From Stegostoma tigrinum (Eukaryota), in contig NC_081359.1 in NCBI RefSeq assembly GCF_030684315.1, forward strand, positions 97,360,925-97,424,924: a DNA stretch of 64,000 nt, in the 5' to 3' direction. Below, one piece after another: positions 48,400-60,914 of this stretch. A model generated the notes under the pieces. It had not been told where the DNA came from and did no database searches. It was given only the letters and a program-made list of their open reading frames with translations. A program made the position numbers and the translations under genes. The number at the start of each line of letters is the position of its first letter. Position 1 is the stretch's first letter.

Positions 48400-50675
48400 G
48401 GAAATGAAGCAGGTCCAAGTGGAGTACATTAGAGTAGGGGAGCATTTGGGGAATAATGATCACAATATTAAGGTTCAATATTAAGATGGAAAATAATAAT
48501 ACAAAAAAAAATGAATATCAGTCTAGGATTAAGATCCCAGACCGGAAAAGGACAGAATTTGGGAGTCTAAAAAGTTGAGCTGGAACAGAATGATTTGAAA
48601 TGCATTTTGGTAGATAAAACAGTGGATGAGAAATGGAAGGCTTTCAAAAGAGAAAACAATAGGGTGCAAATGGGACCACGCTGTATGACTATGTCTCAAA
48701 GCTAGATACATACCCATGAGAAATAAATACAGGTTATTCAAAGCTACAGTACCCTGGGTAACTAAGGATATTTATTAAAAAAAAAACAGAAGAAAAAAGG
48801 GAGGCTTACAATGCATACTGGAATAATAGCAGCAATAGAAATCAGGAAGAATATGTCAAACGCACAAGAGGCTGAGACGAGAGTAAGGAAAGCTAAGATG
48901 AAACATGTGGAAAGTAAAGCAGGCTGCATTAAAACAAATAGTAAGATGTTCTTTAAACATATTAATAGTAAAAAGTGAAGGATAGAGTGGAGGCAAAAAG
49001 GGACAAGCAAGGCAAACACCTCATTGAAGCAAAGAATTATGGCAGAGGTACTAAATGAGTACTTTGCTTCTGTCGTTACCAAATTAGAAAATGGTGACAA
49101 TGGCCTATTGAAAGTGTGGGTGTTGAATGACTGAGCAGCACAATGATAAATAAAGAAGAGGTGCTAAAAAGGCTGGTAGCACTCCAGGTAAAGAAGTCAC
49201 CAGGCCTGGATGAATCCTAGATTGCTGAGAGGGGTAAAGCAGCAAATTACAGAGCAGTTGACAAAAACTTTCCAGGCCTCTCTGAAGACAGGATTAGTCC
49301 TAGGGGATTGGAGAATTGCAAATGTGACACCAGTGATTAGAAAAGGAGCAAAGGGTAACCCACAAAACACTGGCTAGATGTCAGTAGTGGGAAAACTGAT
49401 GGAGACTATGATATGGGATAAGGGAAATAAACACTTATTTTTCTCTAAGTTAACACTTGAGAGTAAACATGGCTTTGTCAAGGGCAGATCATGTCTGACA
49501 AATTTGACTAAGTTCTTTGACAAGGCAACACACAGAGGAGGATAGCCCTGTGGATGTTGCATATCGTACTTTGAAAGAACATTTGATTTGGTGCCACACG
49601 GCAGGTTGGTTAGCAAATTAGAAATGCTTGGGTTGATTGGTTCTTAGCAACATGGATTAGAAGTTGGCTAAAAGATAGCAAACAGAGGGTAGATATAGAT
49701 GGGCATTTCTCAATTGGAGAGGAGTTGGAAGTTGTGCTCCTCCGTGATCGGTGCTGGGACCCTTGCTTTTTCTGACTTAAGAAAGTATTTGGGTGTTAGG
49801 AACAAAATAAGTCTAGTGAATTGTGAGCATGACACTGTGCGACTTTGGAGGGACACTGACATATTGGCAAACGGGCAGACACCTGGCAGCTGAATTTCTG
49901 TGCCAAGAAATGTGAAACACTGCATTTTGGTAGAAGAAACACAGAGGGACAATACAGGCTCAATGGTTCAACCTTGAAGAGGTACTGGAGCACAGGGACC
50001 TCAAGGTACACGTGAATAATTTTCTGAATGTGGCCAGGCAAGTTGAAAAAGTTGCTAAAAAGTTTCATAGGATTCCTGGGTTTATAAATCAAGACATGGA
50101 GAATAAAAGCAAGGGAGTGATGCTCCACCTCTACAAATGAATGGTCAAATCATATTTGGAATATCGTGTTCACTTTTGGGCACCTTATTTAGAGATGAAG
50201 GCCTAGCGTGAATGCAAAGGAGATTTACTAGAAGGATACCCAGAATGCGGGATTTTAGTTGAAAGAACGATTATAGAAATTGGACTCATTCTTTGGAGCA
50301 AAGATTGAGAGGTGACCTTACTGGCGTGTTCAAAGTTATGAACAATTTTGACAAGGTAAAAGAAGGATATTCTGTTTCCACTCGTTAGTATGTCAGTAAC
50401 CAGGGATCACAATTTCAAAGACTGTCCGCAAGACAGTTAAGAATGAGAGGAGGAGAAACTGCTCTTCTCAGTTATGATTTAGAACGCGCTGCCGGAGGGA
50501 CTGATGGAGGTAGATTCCATAGCTGATTTTTTTTTAAAACCTCCTTTCTTTTGAAGTGATGAATTTAGAGACGACAGAGGTAGAGGTGAAGAATAGGACT
50601 AACTGTGTTGCTCATTCAGAATTCAGTACAGACATGATTGGTCGAATGGCTTCCTTCTGTATTGTAAATTCTATA
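48400..50675 (+). mobile_element. Degraded CR1 LINE ORF2
   Basis: gaggtactaaatgagtactttgc (EVLNEYF), catggctttgtcaagggcagatcatgtctgacaaat (HGFVKGRSCLTN) and a CR1 3' end. Confidence 0.85.
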
Positions 50676-51553
50676 ACGTGTTACACTGGTGTTTTCAGTT
50701 GGGTTGAAGACATGTTAAGGTTTAATGAACAATGTCACACACAACAATTTTGGGGGAATGATCTGCACCTAAGAACATCCTAACTTTTTCACTGCATGGC
50801 TTAGGAAGTAGTTATAGTTCAAAGTCAAGGAGAACAGTCAATTTAATGGTTTCAACTGATGAAGTGTTAACAGTTGCGGTCCTACTAAGGACAGATCTCT
50901 CAGGACAGATATCCAGTATATGAATGATGGTCTGACTTGAATGGCCACAGTCACAATTGGAGACATTCCTCATGTTTCAGACAAGTGGCCACATCTTCAT
51001 CAGCCCAACCTCAAGTGACTGAGGCTTGTCAAGAGTCTGGGGCTCCCATAGGTCAGTAACCAGGCAGAGTTAGTGATGTCTGCAGCCAATCAAGTAGAAC
51101 ATCATTAAGAAGGAAGGGCATCTTCAGTTAATGAGAGAGGTATGTTCTAGTGGGATCCATGAGATTTCAAACAGGTCCATGATTGCTTTTCTGTTGAAAT
51201 TCCATGTCAATGGGAGCCCTGACAGATATTAGCCTTCTTCAAAGGCAATATTTCCCAACAGACATTAAGAGATTCAAACAGTGTAAGCACAGGAAGACAC
51301 TCAAGCCATGTTGTTCTTGTACTGGTCAGGAAAAATAATCATAACACTATCATATTTGAGTAGCAGCTTTGAACCAGCTTGAGGAATACTACTTCACCAT
51401 TTATATTGCAGAATGGATCAGATCAGTTTGTTAACATCAATTAGAATCCTAAATTTTGTGTACAAATCAATGTCTAACTTGTCCAGGGGAAACAGCACTT
51501 TTTATTCAACGCACACTCCAAAGTTATAGTAAAAGAAATCTACAAAAACCTTA

Positions 51554-51829
51554 ATAACAAGATGTGGAGCTCAATGCATACAGCTAGCCAAGCAGCATCT
51601 CAGGAGCAGGAAAGCTGCCGTTTCAGGCCTAGCCCCCTCATCAGAAATGGGGGAGGGGGAAGAGTGTTCTGAAATAAATACGGAGAGAGGGGGAGGCGGA
51701 GAGATCCCCAGAGGTTTGTCCAGAAGGTGGAGGGTAACTTCTTCAGGTTAGATATCTTTAGAAGAGGCTTCGCAGTGGGGTTAAAGTTGTATCAGAGATA
51801 ATAGGAACTGCAGATGCTGCAGAATCCGA
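51554..51829 (-). mobile_element. Short family B PLE derivative with permuted order (tail segment first, HHR terminus last)
   Basis: The minus strand begins tcggattctgcagcatctgcagttcc and ends gctccacatcttgttat. These two strings are contiguous in other copies. Confidence 0.75.
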
Positions 51830-52090
51830 CCCTGACTGATTTCAATTAAGTTAGGATTCTTTTCAACAGCAAAATATACACTGGGCTTTAAAAACTGTAT
51901 AGTTAATATTTTTGCAATAGTGGCAGCATTCAAGGTTTGTATTTAAGGGTTTATGTTGGGAGGCATTAGCCAAGAACAGGGAAATGGGGATTGTGGGTTG
52001 CAGTATGGCTCAGTTAAGTCAGAGTCAAGTACCATGTCACATTGACTTTAATCAGTGAAATTCCTTTGGAAACATGATAAATAATCTCAC

Positions 52091-52261
52091 CAAGAATGCT
52101 GCTCCCGCTCAATGACTGTGTCTGGAAATCTTTGATGTCATACACCTTTGCATCAATTACAGTCCAAAAGCCACCATCTTTATTATGGTTCTCAAGATCA
52201 GCTTTTCGAATTAGGGTAACCTCCTCATTGTTCCGTGAGCTCTGATTTGTGAAGAATGCTC
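52091..52261 (-). CDS. HERC2: HERC2 coding exon (171 nt), start of cytochrome-b5-like domain
   Basis: ttgcag|(G)AFFTNQSSRNNEEVTLIRKADLENHNKDGGFWTVIDAKVYDIKDFQTQSLSGSSIL g|gtgaga. Confidence 0.95.
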
Positions 52262-52654
52262 CTGCAAAGCCACAATTTTTTTTTTAAAAGAATTAAGCAA
52301 TCTCGACTATACTTTCAAATTAAATGACAGATTTAAAATTAACTCCAGTTCAAGTTTTCTTTTTTATGCAGTAACAGTCTGTGATAAGACAAGTGACCCA
52401 TCTCAGCAGGGACCCAGAGCAACTTGCCTTGACTACTTCTCACCATTTCTACATGGTTCAGCAGATCTTTATTCTTCTATTGTCTAGTTTGCTTTGCAAC
52501 GTCATTGTGTGGTGAAGCTAGATTCACTCAGACAGCACTTGCGTATAAACCTTCAATGATGATATTATGTTTGGTTCTTTTCTGAACCACTTCAAATTGT
52601 TTCTAAGGAAAATTTGCAAGTTATTTCTTGCAAACTATCTGTAAATTGACATAC

Positions 52655-52840
52655 CCATTATTCCAGGCCATGCTAAATCATCATTATCATCCCTCTCTTT
52701 GCCAGGTGCCAGTTGGTTAAACCTGTCTAAATGTTCTAGCAATCCAGCCAGCAGAGGAATAGCCCCAGCCTCCTGCATCAGTCCAGCATTTTTAGTGAGA
52801 AGCAGGACAACACAAACCACCAGTTCAGGAAGCAGGACTC
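52655..52840 (-). CDS. HERC2: HERC2 coding exon (186 nt)
   Basis: ttgtag|(G)VLLPELVVCVVLLLTKNAGLMQEAG...LAWPGIM g|gtatgt. Confidence 0.95.
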
Positions 52841-53303
52841 CTACAACAAAACAAAAACAGAACAGAACATTATAACCTCCCAGAACTGTCCTTAGTACGT
52901 CACCAACAATTCACTCATCAAAAGAGGAAATTTTGTAATTAGCAAGAAATTACTTCTGTTTAAATGCTGCCCATGTTTAATTTTAAGTTCATTTTTGCCT
53001 CACCAACTTCAAAGATTTTTTACAATTAGAAATCAGAGGACAAAATTGAAAATAAAAGAGCAGAAAACAGCACCAAACATCAGATCTTGGGAACGTCAGG
53101 CAACATCTCTATTTTTGTTCAGTATAGTTATCAGAAAGTATTTTTGACTGCTCAGTCAGAAATATAAATGTGAATCAATTGACAGTTGACCATGAAAAAA
53201 AGTAAACATGTTTGTGAGTGTAAACCCAGCACTGCAAAAAAATACTTAAGTGGAATAATCAGAGAGAATGAGAACTAGTATAATAATCTGGCACCTGAAA
53301 ACC

Positions 53304-54949
53304 AGAGATAATAAAGTGTAGAGCTGGATGAACACAGCAGGCCGAGCAGCATCTTAGGGGCACAAATGCTAACATTTCAGGCCTAGATCCTTCATCAGAA
53401 ATGGGGAAGGGGGAAGAGGGTTCTGAAACAAATAGGGAGAGACGGGAAGCAGATCGAAGATTGATAGAGGAGAATTTAGGTGGAGAGGAGACAGACAAGT
53501 TAAAGAGGTGGGGATGGAACCAGTAGAGGTGAGTGTAGGTGGGAAGGCAGGGAGGGGATAGGTCAGTCCGGGGAGAATGGACAGGTCAAGGGGGTGGGAT
53601 TAAGTTAGTAAGAAGTAAATTGGGGTGCGGCTTGAGGTGGGAGGAGGGGATAGGTGAGAGGAAGAACAGGTTAGGGAGGCAGGGACAAGCTGGGCTGGTT
53701 TTGGGATGCAGTAGGGGAGGGAAGATTTTGAAGCTTGTGAAACCTACATTGATACCATTGAAGCAGAACATAGGTTGCTGTTCCTGCAACCTTCAGGTGG
53801 CATCGTTGTGGCACTGCAGGAGGCCCAGGATGGACATGTCGTCTGAGGAATGGGAGGGGGAGTTGAAATGGTTCACGACTGGGAGATGCAGTTGTTTATT
53901 GCAAACCGAGCGTAGGTGTTCTGCAAAGCAGTCCCCAAGCCTCTGCTTGGTTTCCCCGATGTAGAGGAGGCCACAACGGTTACAGCGGATGCAGTATACC
54001 ACATTGGCGGATGTGCAGGTGAACATCTGCTTGATGTGGAAAGTCATCTTGGGGCCTGGGGTGGGGGTTAAGGCAGAGGTATGGGGGCAAGTGTAGCACT
54101 TCCTGCGATTGCAGGGGAAAGTGCTGGGTGTGGTGGGGTTGGAGGGGATGGTGGAGTGGACAAGGGAGTCATGGAGAGAGTGGTCCCTCCACAAAGCAGA
54201 CAAGGATGGGGAGGAAAAATGTCTTTGGTGGTGGGGTCGGATTGCAGATAGCAGAAGTGTCGGAGGAAGATGCATTGGATCTGGAGGTTGGTCGGGTGGT
54301 ACGTGAGGACAAGGGGGATTCTCTTTTGGTAGTTATTGCGGTGAGGGGGCATGAGGGATAAGTTGCGGGAAATGTGGGAGACACAGTCAAGGGCGTTCTC
54401 GACCACTGCGGGAGAGAAGTTGCGGCCCTTGAAACAAAAAGAGGACATCTGAGATGTACGGGAGTGGAATGCCTCATCCTGGGAGCAGGTGTGGCAGAGG
54501 TGAAAGAATTGGGAATAGGGAATGGCACTTTTGCAGAAAGGTGGGTGGGAGGAGGTGTATTCTAGGTAGCTGTGGGAGTCGGTGGGCTTGAAATGGATAT
54601 CGGTTTCTAGGTGGTTGCCCGAGATGGAGACAGAGAGGTCCAGGAAGGTGAGGGATGTGTTGGAGATGGTCCAGGTGAACTTGGAGGTTGGTGTGGAAGA
54701 TGTCGGTGAAGTGGATGAACTGCTCGAGCTCCTCCTGGGAGCACGAGGCGGCGCTAATACAGTCATCAACGTAAAGGAGGAAGAGGTGGGGTTTGGGAGT
54801 CAGTGTAGATACGGAAAAGGGATTGTTCCACCTAACCTACAAAGAGGCAGCCATAGTTTGGGCCCATGCAGATGCCCATGATACCCCCTTTGTCTGTGGG
54901 AAGTGGGGGGAATCAAAAGAGAAGTTGTTGAGGGTGAAGTTGAGTTCTC
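53304..54949 (-). mobile_element. Family B (Neptune-type) PLE, 5'-truncated and frameshifted, with TSD
   Basis: Homologous to 28146-30147 (CNRRKCYTC, LYIGETK). TSD tctggcacctgaaaacc (53287-53303) / tctgatacctgaaaacc (54950-54966), 15/17 match. Confidence 0.92.
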
Positions 54950-55864
54950 TCTGATACCTGAAAACCTGAATGGCTTAAAAAGACATTTATTTGAATATGC
55001 AAGACCAAACTGAGAAAATACTGACAATCAATACAATTAGTAGCATGGTACAAATCTCTTGGGCATGGGTTTTTTATTCACTTTGCTGCTTTGTCTAATT
55101 GCAAAAAATATAGTTCAGGATACAGGTTTTTGCATCAATTTATTGAAAAAGGTGTTGAACCAAACTACATAAGTATGAAATAGATGATGAGAAGATAAGT
55201 GGAATACTTGTAAGTATTTATTTTATATTTCCATTAAATTGTAGATTGGTTAATGCAGAGGAGACCAGTGTGTCACGTCCACATCAGCTCTCTTCAAAAG
55301 AAACTCTCTTGATACTCTCATTCCCTGTTCTGACAGCACAGCTCTGCACCTCTCTCCAAGCAAGTATCCAATTCTTTTTTGAAAGCCCTGGTAAGTATGT
55401 GCCTCACCACATTCTCAGGTAGTGTTTTTCCACTTGGTGCAAAAATATTTTGTCATTCTGCTGCTGGTTCTTTTGTAAATCACCTTATTTAGATGCCCAT
55501 TCACCAACAGGAACGCATTCGGCCAGAATTTCCATGGAGTCAGGAGTATTCCAGACACCCTTAAAACCAGCAAGGTGGGGCCCAGCTACAGAAGTCCCAT
55601 CCCCATTCCCAACAGTTCACATTTTCATCAGCTGGGGAAAGGCGCCAGAACTTGGAGTGTATATTAGGGAAAGCTCTCTCATCTGGACTATTTGTAGATC
55701 TGACTGTCATTCCAGAAATAGCCTCAACAAGCAGTATTCTCTCAGGCTTCATGGTGGAAACAAATGCTTGAGAAGACTGGTAGAAGGTAGAACTGTCCAA
55801 CTCTAATAACATGTTTGACATCCTTTCAAATACGTAATCCCCTACATCAACATTGTACTCCTAG

Positions 55865-56450
55865 TCTTAGGTTTAAATGTCAGGGGAAGGATTTAAAAAA
55901 GGGCTTGAGGGGTAACTTTTTATTTTAAACAGAGGGTGCTGCATGCATGGAACGAGCTGTCAGAGGTGGAAGGGATGGGTACAATTAGATTAGGTTAGAT
56001 TCCCTACAGTGTGGAAACAGGCCCTTTGGCCCAACAAATCCACACCGCCCCTTGAAGCATCCCACCCAGACCCATCCCCTATAACCCACATATCCCTGAA
56101 CACTACAGGCAATTTAGCATGGCCGATCCGCCTAGCCTGCACCTAGACTGTGGGAGGAAACCGGAGCACCCGGAGGAAACCCACGCAGACATGGGAGAAT
56201 GTGCAAACTCCACACAGACTGGAATCGAACCTGGGTCGCTGGCGCTGTGAGGCTGCAGTGCTAACCACGAGCCACCATGCTGCCCTCATTTAAAACGCAT
56301 TTGGATAGGTTTATGAATAGGAAGGGTATGAGGGTATCGTCCAAATGCTGGCTAATGGGACTAGGGCAGTTTACCATGTCTGGTTGGCGCAAATGAGTTG
56401 TCCAAAGGATCTGTTTCCATGCTGAGAGACTGTGGCACTTAATCGTATGT
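55865..56450 (+). mobile_element. CR1 3' end split by a SINE
   Basis: acagagggtg...tggaacgagctg...acaatt|SINE|tcatttaaaacgcatttggatagg. Confidence 0.8.
55985..56285 (-). mobile_element. HE1-type V-SINE (tRNA-derived), apparently full length
   Basis: A box TGGCTCGTGG, B box GGTTCGATTCC, V-domain gtgggtttcctccgggtgctccggtttcctccca, CR1-derived 3' end and (aatct)n-like tail. Confidence 0.9.
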
Positions 56451-57454
56451 ACAGAATGCATCAATGTATCAAAAAGGGTTTTATCATTAAGTGTTTTTTC
56501 TCATGTAGTGAAGATACAAAGAGAACCTCAGTTTATTTTTCTCAGTGTATCTCCCAAGGTCTACACATGATAGCACAGTAGGTGAAACAAAACAAAACTG
56601 CTGTCCACACTGGATGTTAGTATCAATCCCTGCAGTCCTAATACAAAGATGTCAAGGTGGGCCACTTTCTTTTGGAGGACTGATTGATACAATTGTATCT
56701 TTTAAGTCCATTTCACATATACATACAGACCCACAAAGGACAACAGATTTCATTCCATCAAGGACATGGCGGTGAGGAATCAGTTGAGCTTTTACAAAAA
56801 ATACAACAGCTTCAATCATCACTGGCAGTGACAATTGAGACACAGTAACTGATGACTAACACAGGAGCCAGACTGTCTGAAGGGGGCACTAACAGAAGAA
56901 AGGAGAAACAAAAAGCTCAGCTGGCAGGATTGAGGACAAAGGTCAACAAGAGAACAGAGATCAATAAACCTTGCACCTTTTCAGCCCAATGTCTTCATTA
57001 GCAGCAAATGCACAGAGACCGAAGTGGGGTTACTGAGCCATGCTATCATGTCACAACCCAACACCTTTTATTCAGAAGGATGCCAAGGTATTTATACTAA
57101 TATCAGTGTTCTACTTCCAGTTTTTTTTAAACATTGTAAGATTTGAACTCTCATTCTTTGAGTTTTCTGCATAAATCACAGAATTACTGACTTGTAACAC
57201 TACCTGCGCCTGGGTCAGAAGTAGGGTCACTATCACTGCACCACATGAACATCATGTTAGTTTGTTAGATTATTTTTTGTTCAAGAATTATATGACTGAT
57301 ACTGTAAATCAAGAAAAATGCTGGAAAATCCAACAGATTATGGAGAAACTATACATAAAAGACAAAACTGTAACAATTGTATTTTTCAGAAGAATGGAGA
57401 AAACACATCCAAAACACATCTTTTCCAAAAACTGCATCACTATAGAAGTGTTAC

Positions 57455-57610
57455 CTGTTAAATCTCCTTCAAGAATACGAGACACCTCTGCAAAATGTCT
57501 GTAACTGGTTGAAGCAATGGTGGTTGCCACCGGCAAAATGTCCCCTATGTGTGTACACAGGAGGGCAATATACTTTTTAAGCAATGAACCTACTCCCAAA
57601 AGCTCAGGAC
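57455..57610 (-). CDS. HERC2: HERC2 coding exon (156 nt)
   Basis: ttgcag|(S)PELLGVGSLLKKYIALLCTHIGDILPVA...ILEGDLT g|gtaaca. Confidence 0.95.
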
Positions 57611-58013
57611 CTGCAAAAATACAGAATGATAGTTACTACTTAGGCTAGTCACTGTCCAAGAATAACTACAAAAACTGGAAAAAGAAAAACACTCTTGCAA
57701 AAAGAAAGCATGAAATTTACCAATTTCAAAAGTATTGAACAAAATTAAAATATTTCATAATTTGAAGTAATTTCTATCATTTGTAACTATTCAACTGTGT
57801 AACAGAATTCTGTAATGTTCTCCGTGGTCCAACAGCAGAGTTGAGAAAAATACCATCACCTTCTTCAAACTAAATTAGACTTGAATCATTGCAGCTTTAA
57901 TGCAGATCCAACACCAACTCAAAGGTAATTTTCAATAAAGATAACGAGGTTTGCATCATATTAGTTGCTTATTAGCTGAACTAAGAAGAAAAGTTTATTA
58001 GAAATTCACTCAC

Positions 58014-58198
58014 TGTATCCATTGGTCTCATAACTGAAATTTACACCAGGATAAAGTTTGCTGATTAGCAGACGCTGAAATCGCAGCAACAAATCCAAAG
58101 AAGCTGACCTCTCCTGATTGAAGTGCTCATGGTCCAAAGAAGAAGAAATATGCCGTGTGACATCTTTCAATTTAGCAATGCTTTGTGATGCAATGTTT
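58014..58198 (-). CDS. HERC2: HERC2 coding exon (185 nt)
   Basis: ttaaag|(R)NIASQSIAKLKDV...ERSASLDLLLRFQRLLISKLYPG...GY a|gtgagt. Confidence 0.95.
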
Positions 58199-58399
58199 CT
58201 TTAAAAAATAAAAGATAAACAGTTGCATGTTTACTTTCTACAATGCTGACTGCTGGCTGGAAGCTAGATGTCTTCTATCATCTTACCAATAGTCACCATT
58301 CCCTCACAGGGTAGGGATTCACACAAAACATCACAGCTAAGCCCAATCCTTAATGCATTTGATAAACCTGTGAGATGCATTTAATATGGACAATTACAC

Positions 58400-58760
58400 A
58401 ATCTTACATTAATGTCTGATTCCTATCCAAGTGGGACCTCTTTAACCTGGCTCCATTCTGATCTATTTAACTCTGGCCAAACACTTAAAATGGCTATACT
58501 TCCTGCTTCTGCACTACTATAGTGTCCCCCAAGGTTTTATCCTTGAAACACTACTGTTTCTGATCTATATGCTGTCACTCAGCATCATCTGAAAGCAGTG
58601 GTAGGTTTCACATGAATCCAGATAGCGTCCAGCTCGCTCTCATTTCGACTTCTATCAAATCCCTGCACAAGACCTGTCCATCTATCACCACTCTGCTACC
58701 TGGCCAACATTGGCTCCAGATCAAGTAAAATCTCAATTTAAGAATCCGCAATATATTTTC
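58400..58760 (+). mobile_element. Degraded L2-type RT remnant
   Basis: gtgtcccccaaggttttatccttg..ctactgtttctgatctatatgctg resembles VPQGSILGPLLFLIYM. Confidence 0.55.
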
Positions 58761-58874
58761 AAATTAGAAGTAAAGGAATATGATCCAAGCTCATATTTCA
58801 TATTTCAGCTTACATAGGTCTCTACAAAAGTCACAGCAAAATAGGGAAATAATGAAACAGAATTTTACCAGTAC

Positions 58875-59053
58875 CTTAATAACTGCTGTACAAGTTGAAC
58901 AAGCGGTAAGCTCTGTTTCCCAGAAGACTCATATATGCCAGTATTAATAAGATCCTTATCCAGTGGTGTTCTGCTCCGATGGAGTGTTGAAGCATTCGCT
59001 TCTTGTTCATCTATCTCCTTCTCTTTTTGGGCTTCCTTCTTTGCTTCTATGTC
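58875..59053 (-). CDS. HERC2: HERC2 coding exon (179 nt)
   Basis: ctttag|DIEAKKEAQKEKEIDEQEANASTLHRSRTPLDKDLINTG...LVQQLL ag|gtactg. Confidence 0.95.
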
Positions 59054-59229
59054 CTAAAGCAAAAAATTATTCGGAAAAACACAGGCGTTGCCAATTTAAT
59101 GCTCACTGTCAATCATCCACAGAAACCCATCTGCTTGAATGTGTCAGTCAATTTACCACAATACCGAATATCTAAAACAAGAATATAACGTTGGAAATCG
59201 TCAGCAGATTGGAAAGCATTTGTAGAGCA

Positions 59230-59288
59230 AGAAACAAAGTTAACATTTCAGGTCTGGGTTGTCAACCTGAAATGTTAACTTTGTTTCT
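59230..59288. repeat. Perfect 24-bp inverted repeat with 11-nt loop (core of a degraded family C fold-back)
   Basis: agaaacaaagttaacatttcaggt / acctgaaatgttaactttgtttct. Confidence 0.9.
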
Positions 59289-60614
59289 CTCGCTTCCAAC
59301 AATGCCAGACTGTTGTTTCTATTCGAATTTGCAGTACACTTGATATTTTCATAGAATTAAGTACAGAAGAGGCTCTTCAGCCAATTGAGTCTGCACCGAA
59401 ACAAGCTAATTCTACACTAGTCCCACTTTCCAGCATTTACCCCCTTGCCTTAAATATTCCAACATTTCATGTGCTGATTCAAAAAAATTTTTTTAAAGGC
59501 TGTGAGGTTTCACATCACAATCTTCAAATCTCTTGTAAACCTCCTGCCTTTCACCTTAAAACTATGACGCCTTGTTATTCACACTTCCACTGGGTTGAGC
59601 AGCTGCGTTCTACTCGCTGTGTACATTCTCAATCTTTTATCCCTTTTATATGGTGAGAGGAAAATATATAAATACATTACATTAGAAAGTGTTCCCAATT
59701 CCAACCTCTCATCTGCACTTCCTTCACACAACACTCTCAATTACTCCATAGACTTCAATGAAACCCCAGGCCCCAAAACTCATCAAGGCTAACCATTACA
59801 CAGTAGCTATGTAGAGATACCTTTTGGCTGCTCCGCTATCTCCAACGCAGACTGCAAAATCCTTCCACCTACCGAGCTCCCAAAAAGAACATTCATGTTT
59901 CTTCACAAAATTACTCCAGGCATGGTTTGTCTAAACTTTGCGCAATGGTAGCAAGACAATTAGGGCCAAAATACCATTTACCTTCTCAATTGCTTATCGC
60001 ACCTACATGTTAACTGTTTTTCGTGTATACGGGCACCAAAATCTCTCTAAACATTCATGTTTCTCAGTCTCTCACCATTTAAAAATTATTCTGCTTTTCT
60101 GCCAAAATGAATAATATCACGTTTCTCCACACTATATGTCATCTACAACCTTCTAGCTCATTCGTTTGACCTCTTTATATCCCTTCACACCTTCCTCACA
60201 ACTTACTTTCTAACCAAACCTTCATCACTAACAGATTCTTAAGTCAGAAAAAAAACGGTTAAAGGCTGAGGCACCAGCACTATATCTTACAGCACTTAGT
60301 AACAGCCGGACAGTACTGGAAAAGAACACTCCTTCCCGTTAAAATATTGTGAAAAATCATTTGCTGCAGCAAATTTAAACAGGCTTACTTGAGAAACAGC
60401 ATCATGAGGTGTAGGTGGAAGAAGAATCGCATTGAAGTAAGAGACAACGTAAAGTGAGATAAGTAAACTGACTGATGTCTAAAGACAAGTTGAAGCAGGA
60501 GGTATGGGCTCACAACAAAAGTGATCCTAAACAAACCACTGAACTTCTTTAGATCATACATGCTACGGAGTAAAATTAAGCCATGATTAAAAATGTCACT
60601 TACTAATTGTACTC

Positions 60615-60814
60615 AAACAAAAACAGAAGTTGCTGAAAAGCTGAGCACATATGAAGAATCTGTGAAGAAAAAAATTCAGTTAACCTTTCGGGTGCAGTGG
60701 CACTTCCATTCTGAGGAAGGGTCACCGGACCCCAAACGTTAACTCTTGATTTTTTTTCCCCCCCACAGATGATGCCAGACCTGCTGAGCTTTTTTAGCAA
60801 CTTCTGTTTTTGTT
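60615..60814. mobile_element. Miniature fold-back element, family C
   Basis: Termini aacaaaaacagaagttgct / agcaacttctgtttttgtt. Core CTGAGGA-a-GGGTC-accg-GACCC-caaacgtt. Degraded TSD actaattgtact/actaattctagt. Confidence 0.8.
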
Positions 60815-60914
60815 CACTAATTCTAGTGTTTGGTTGTGTTAATTCATCTTTTAATCAGTTCCACAACAAGTTTCAAATTGAAAAACAAAAGAAAAAGGTC
60901 TTGCCCCATAGAAA

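Noticed and set aside
46962-52261. Cytochrome-b5-like domain lacking the HPGG haem motif
   Set aside because: It matches HERC2 as I recall it in other vertebrates, so it is not specific to this genome.
56215-56285. tRNA-like sequence with A and B boxes
   Set aside because: It is the head of the HE1/V-SINE, not a tRNA gene.
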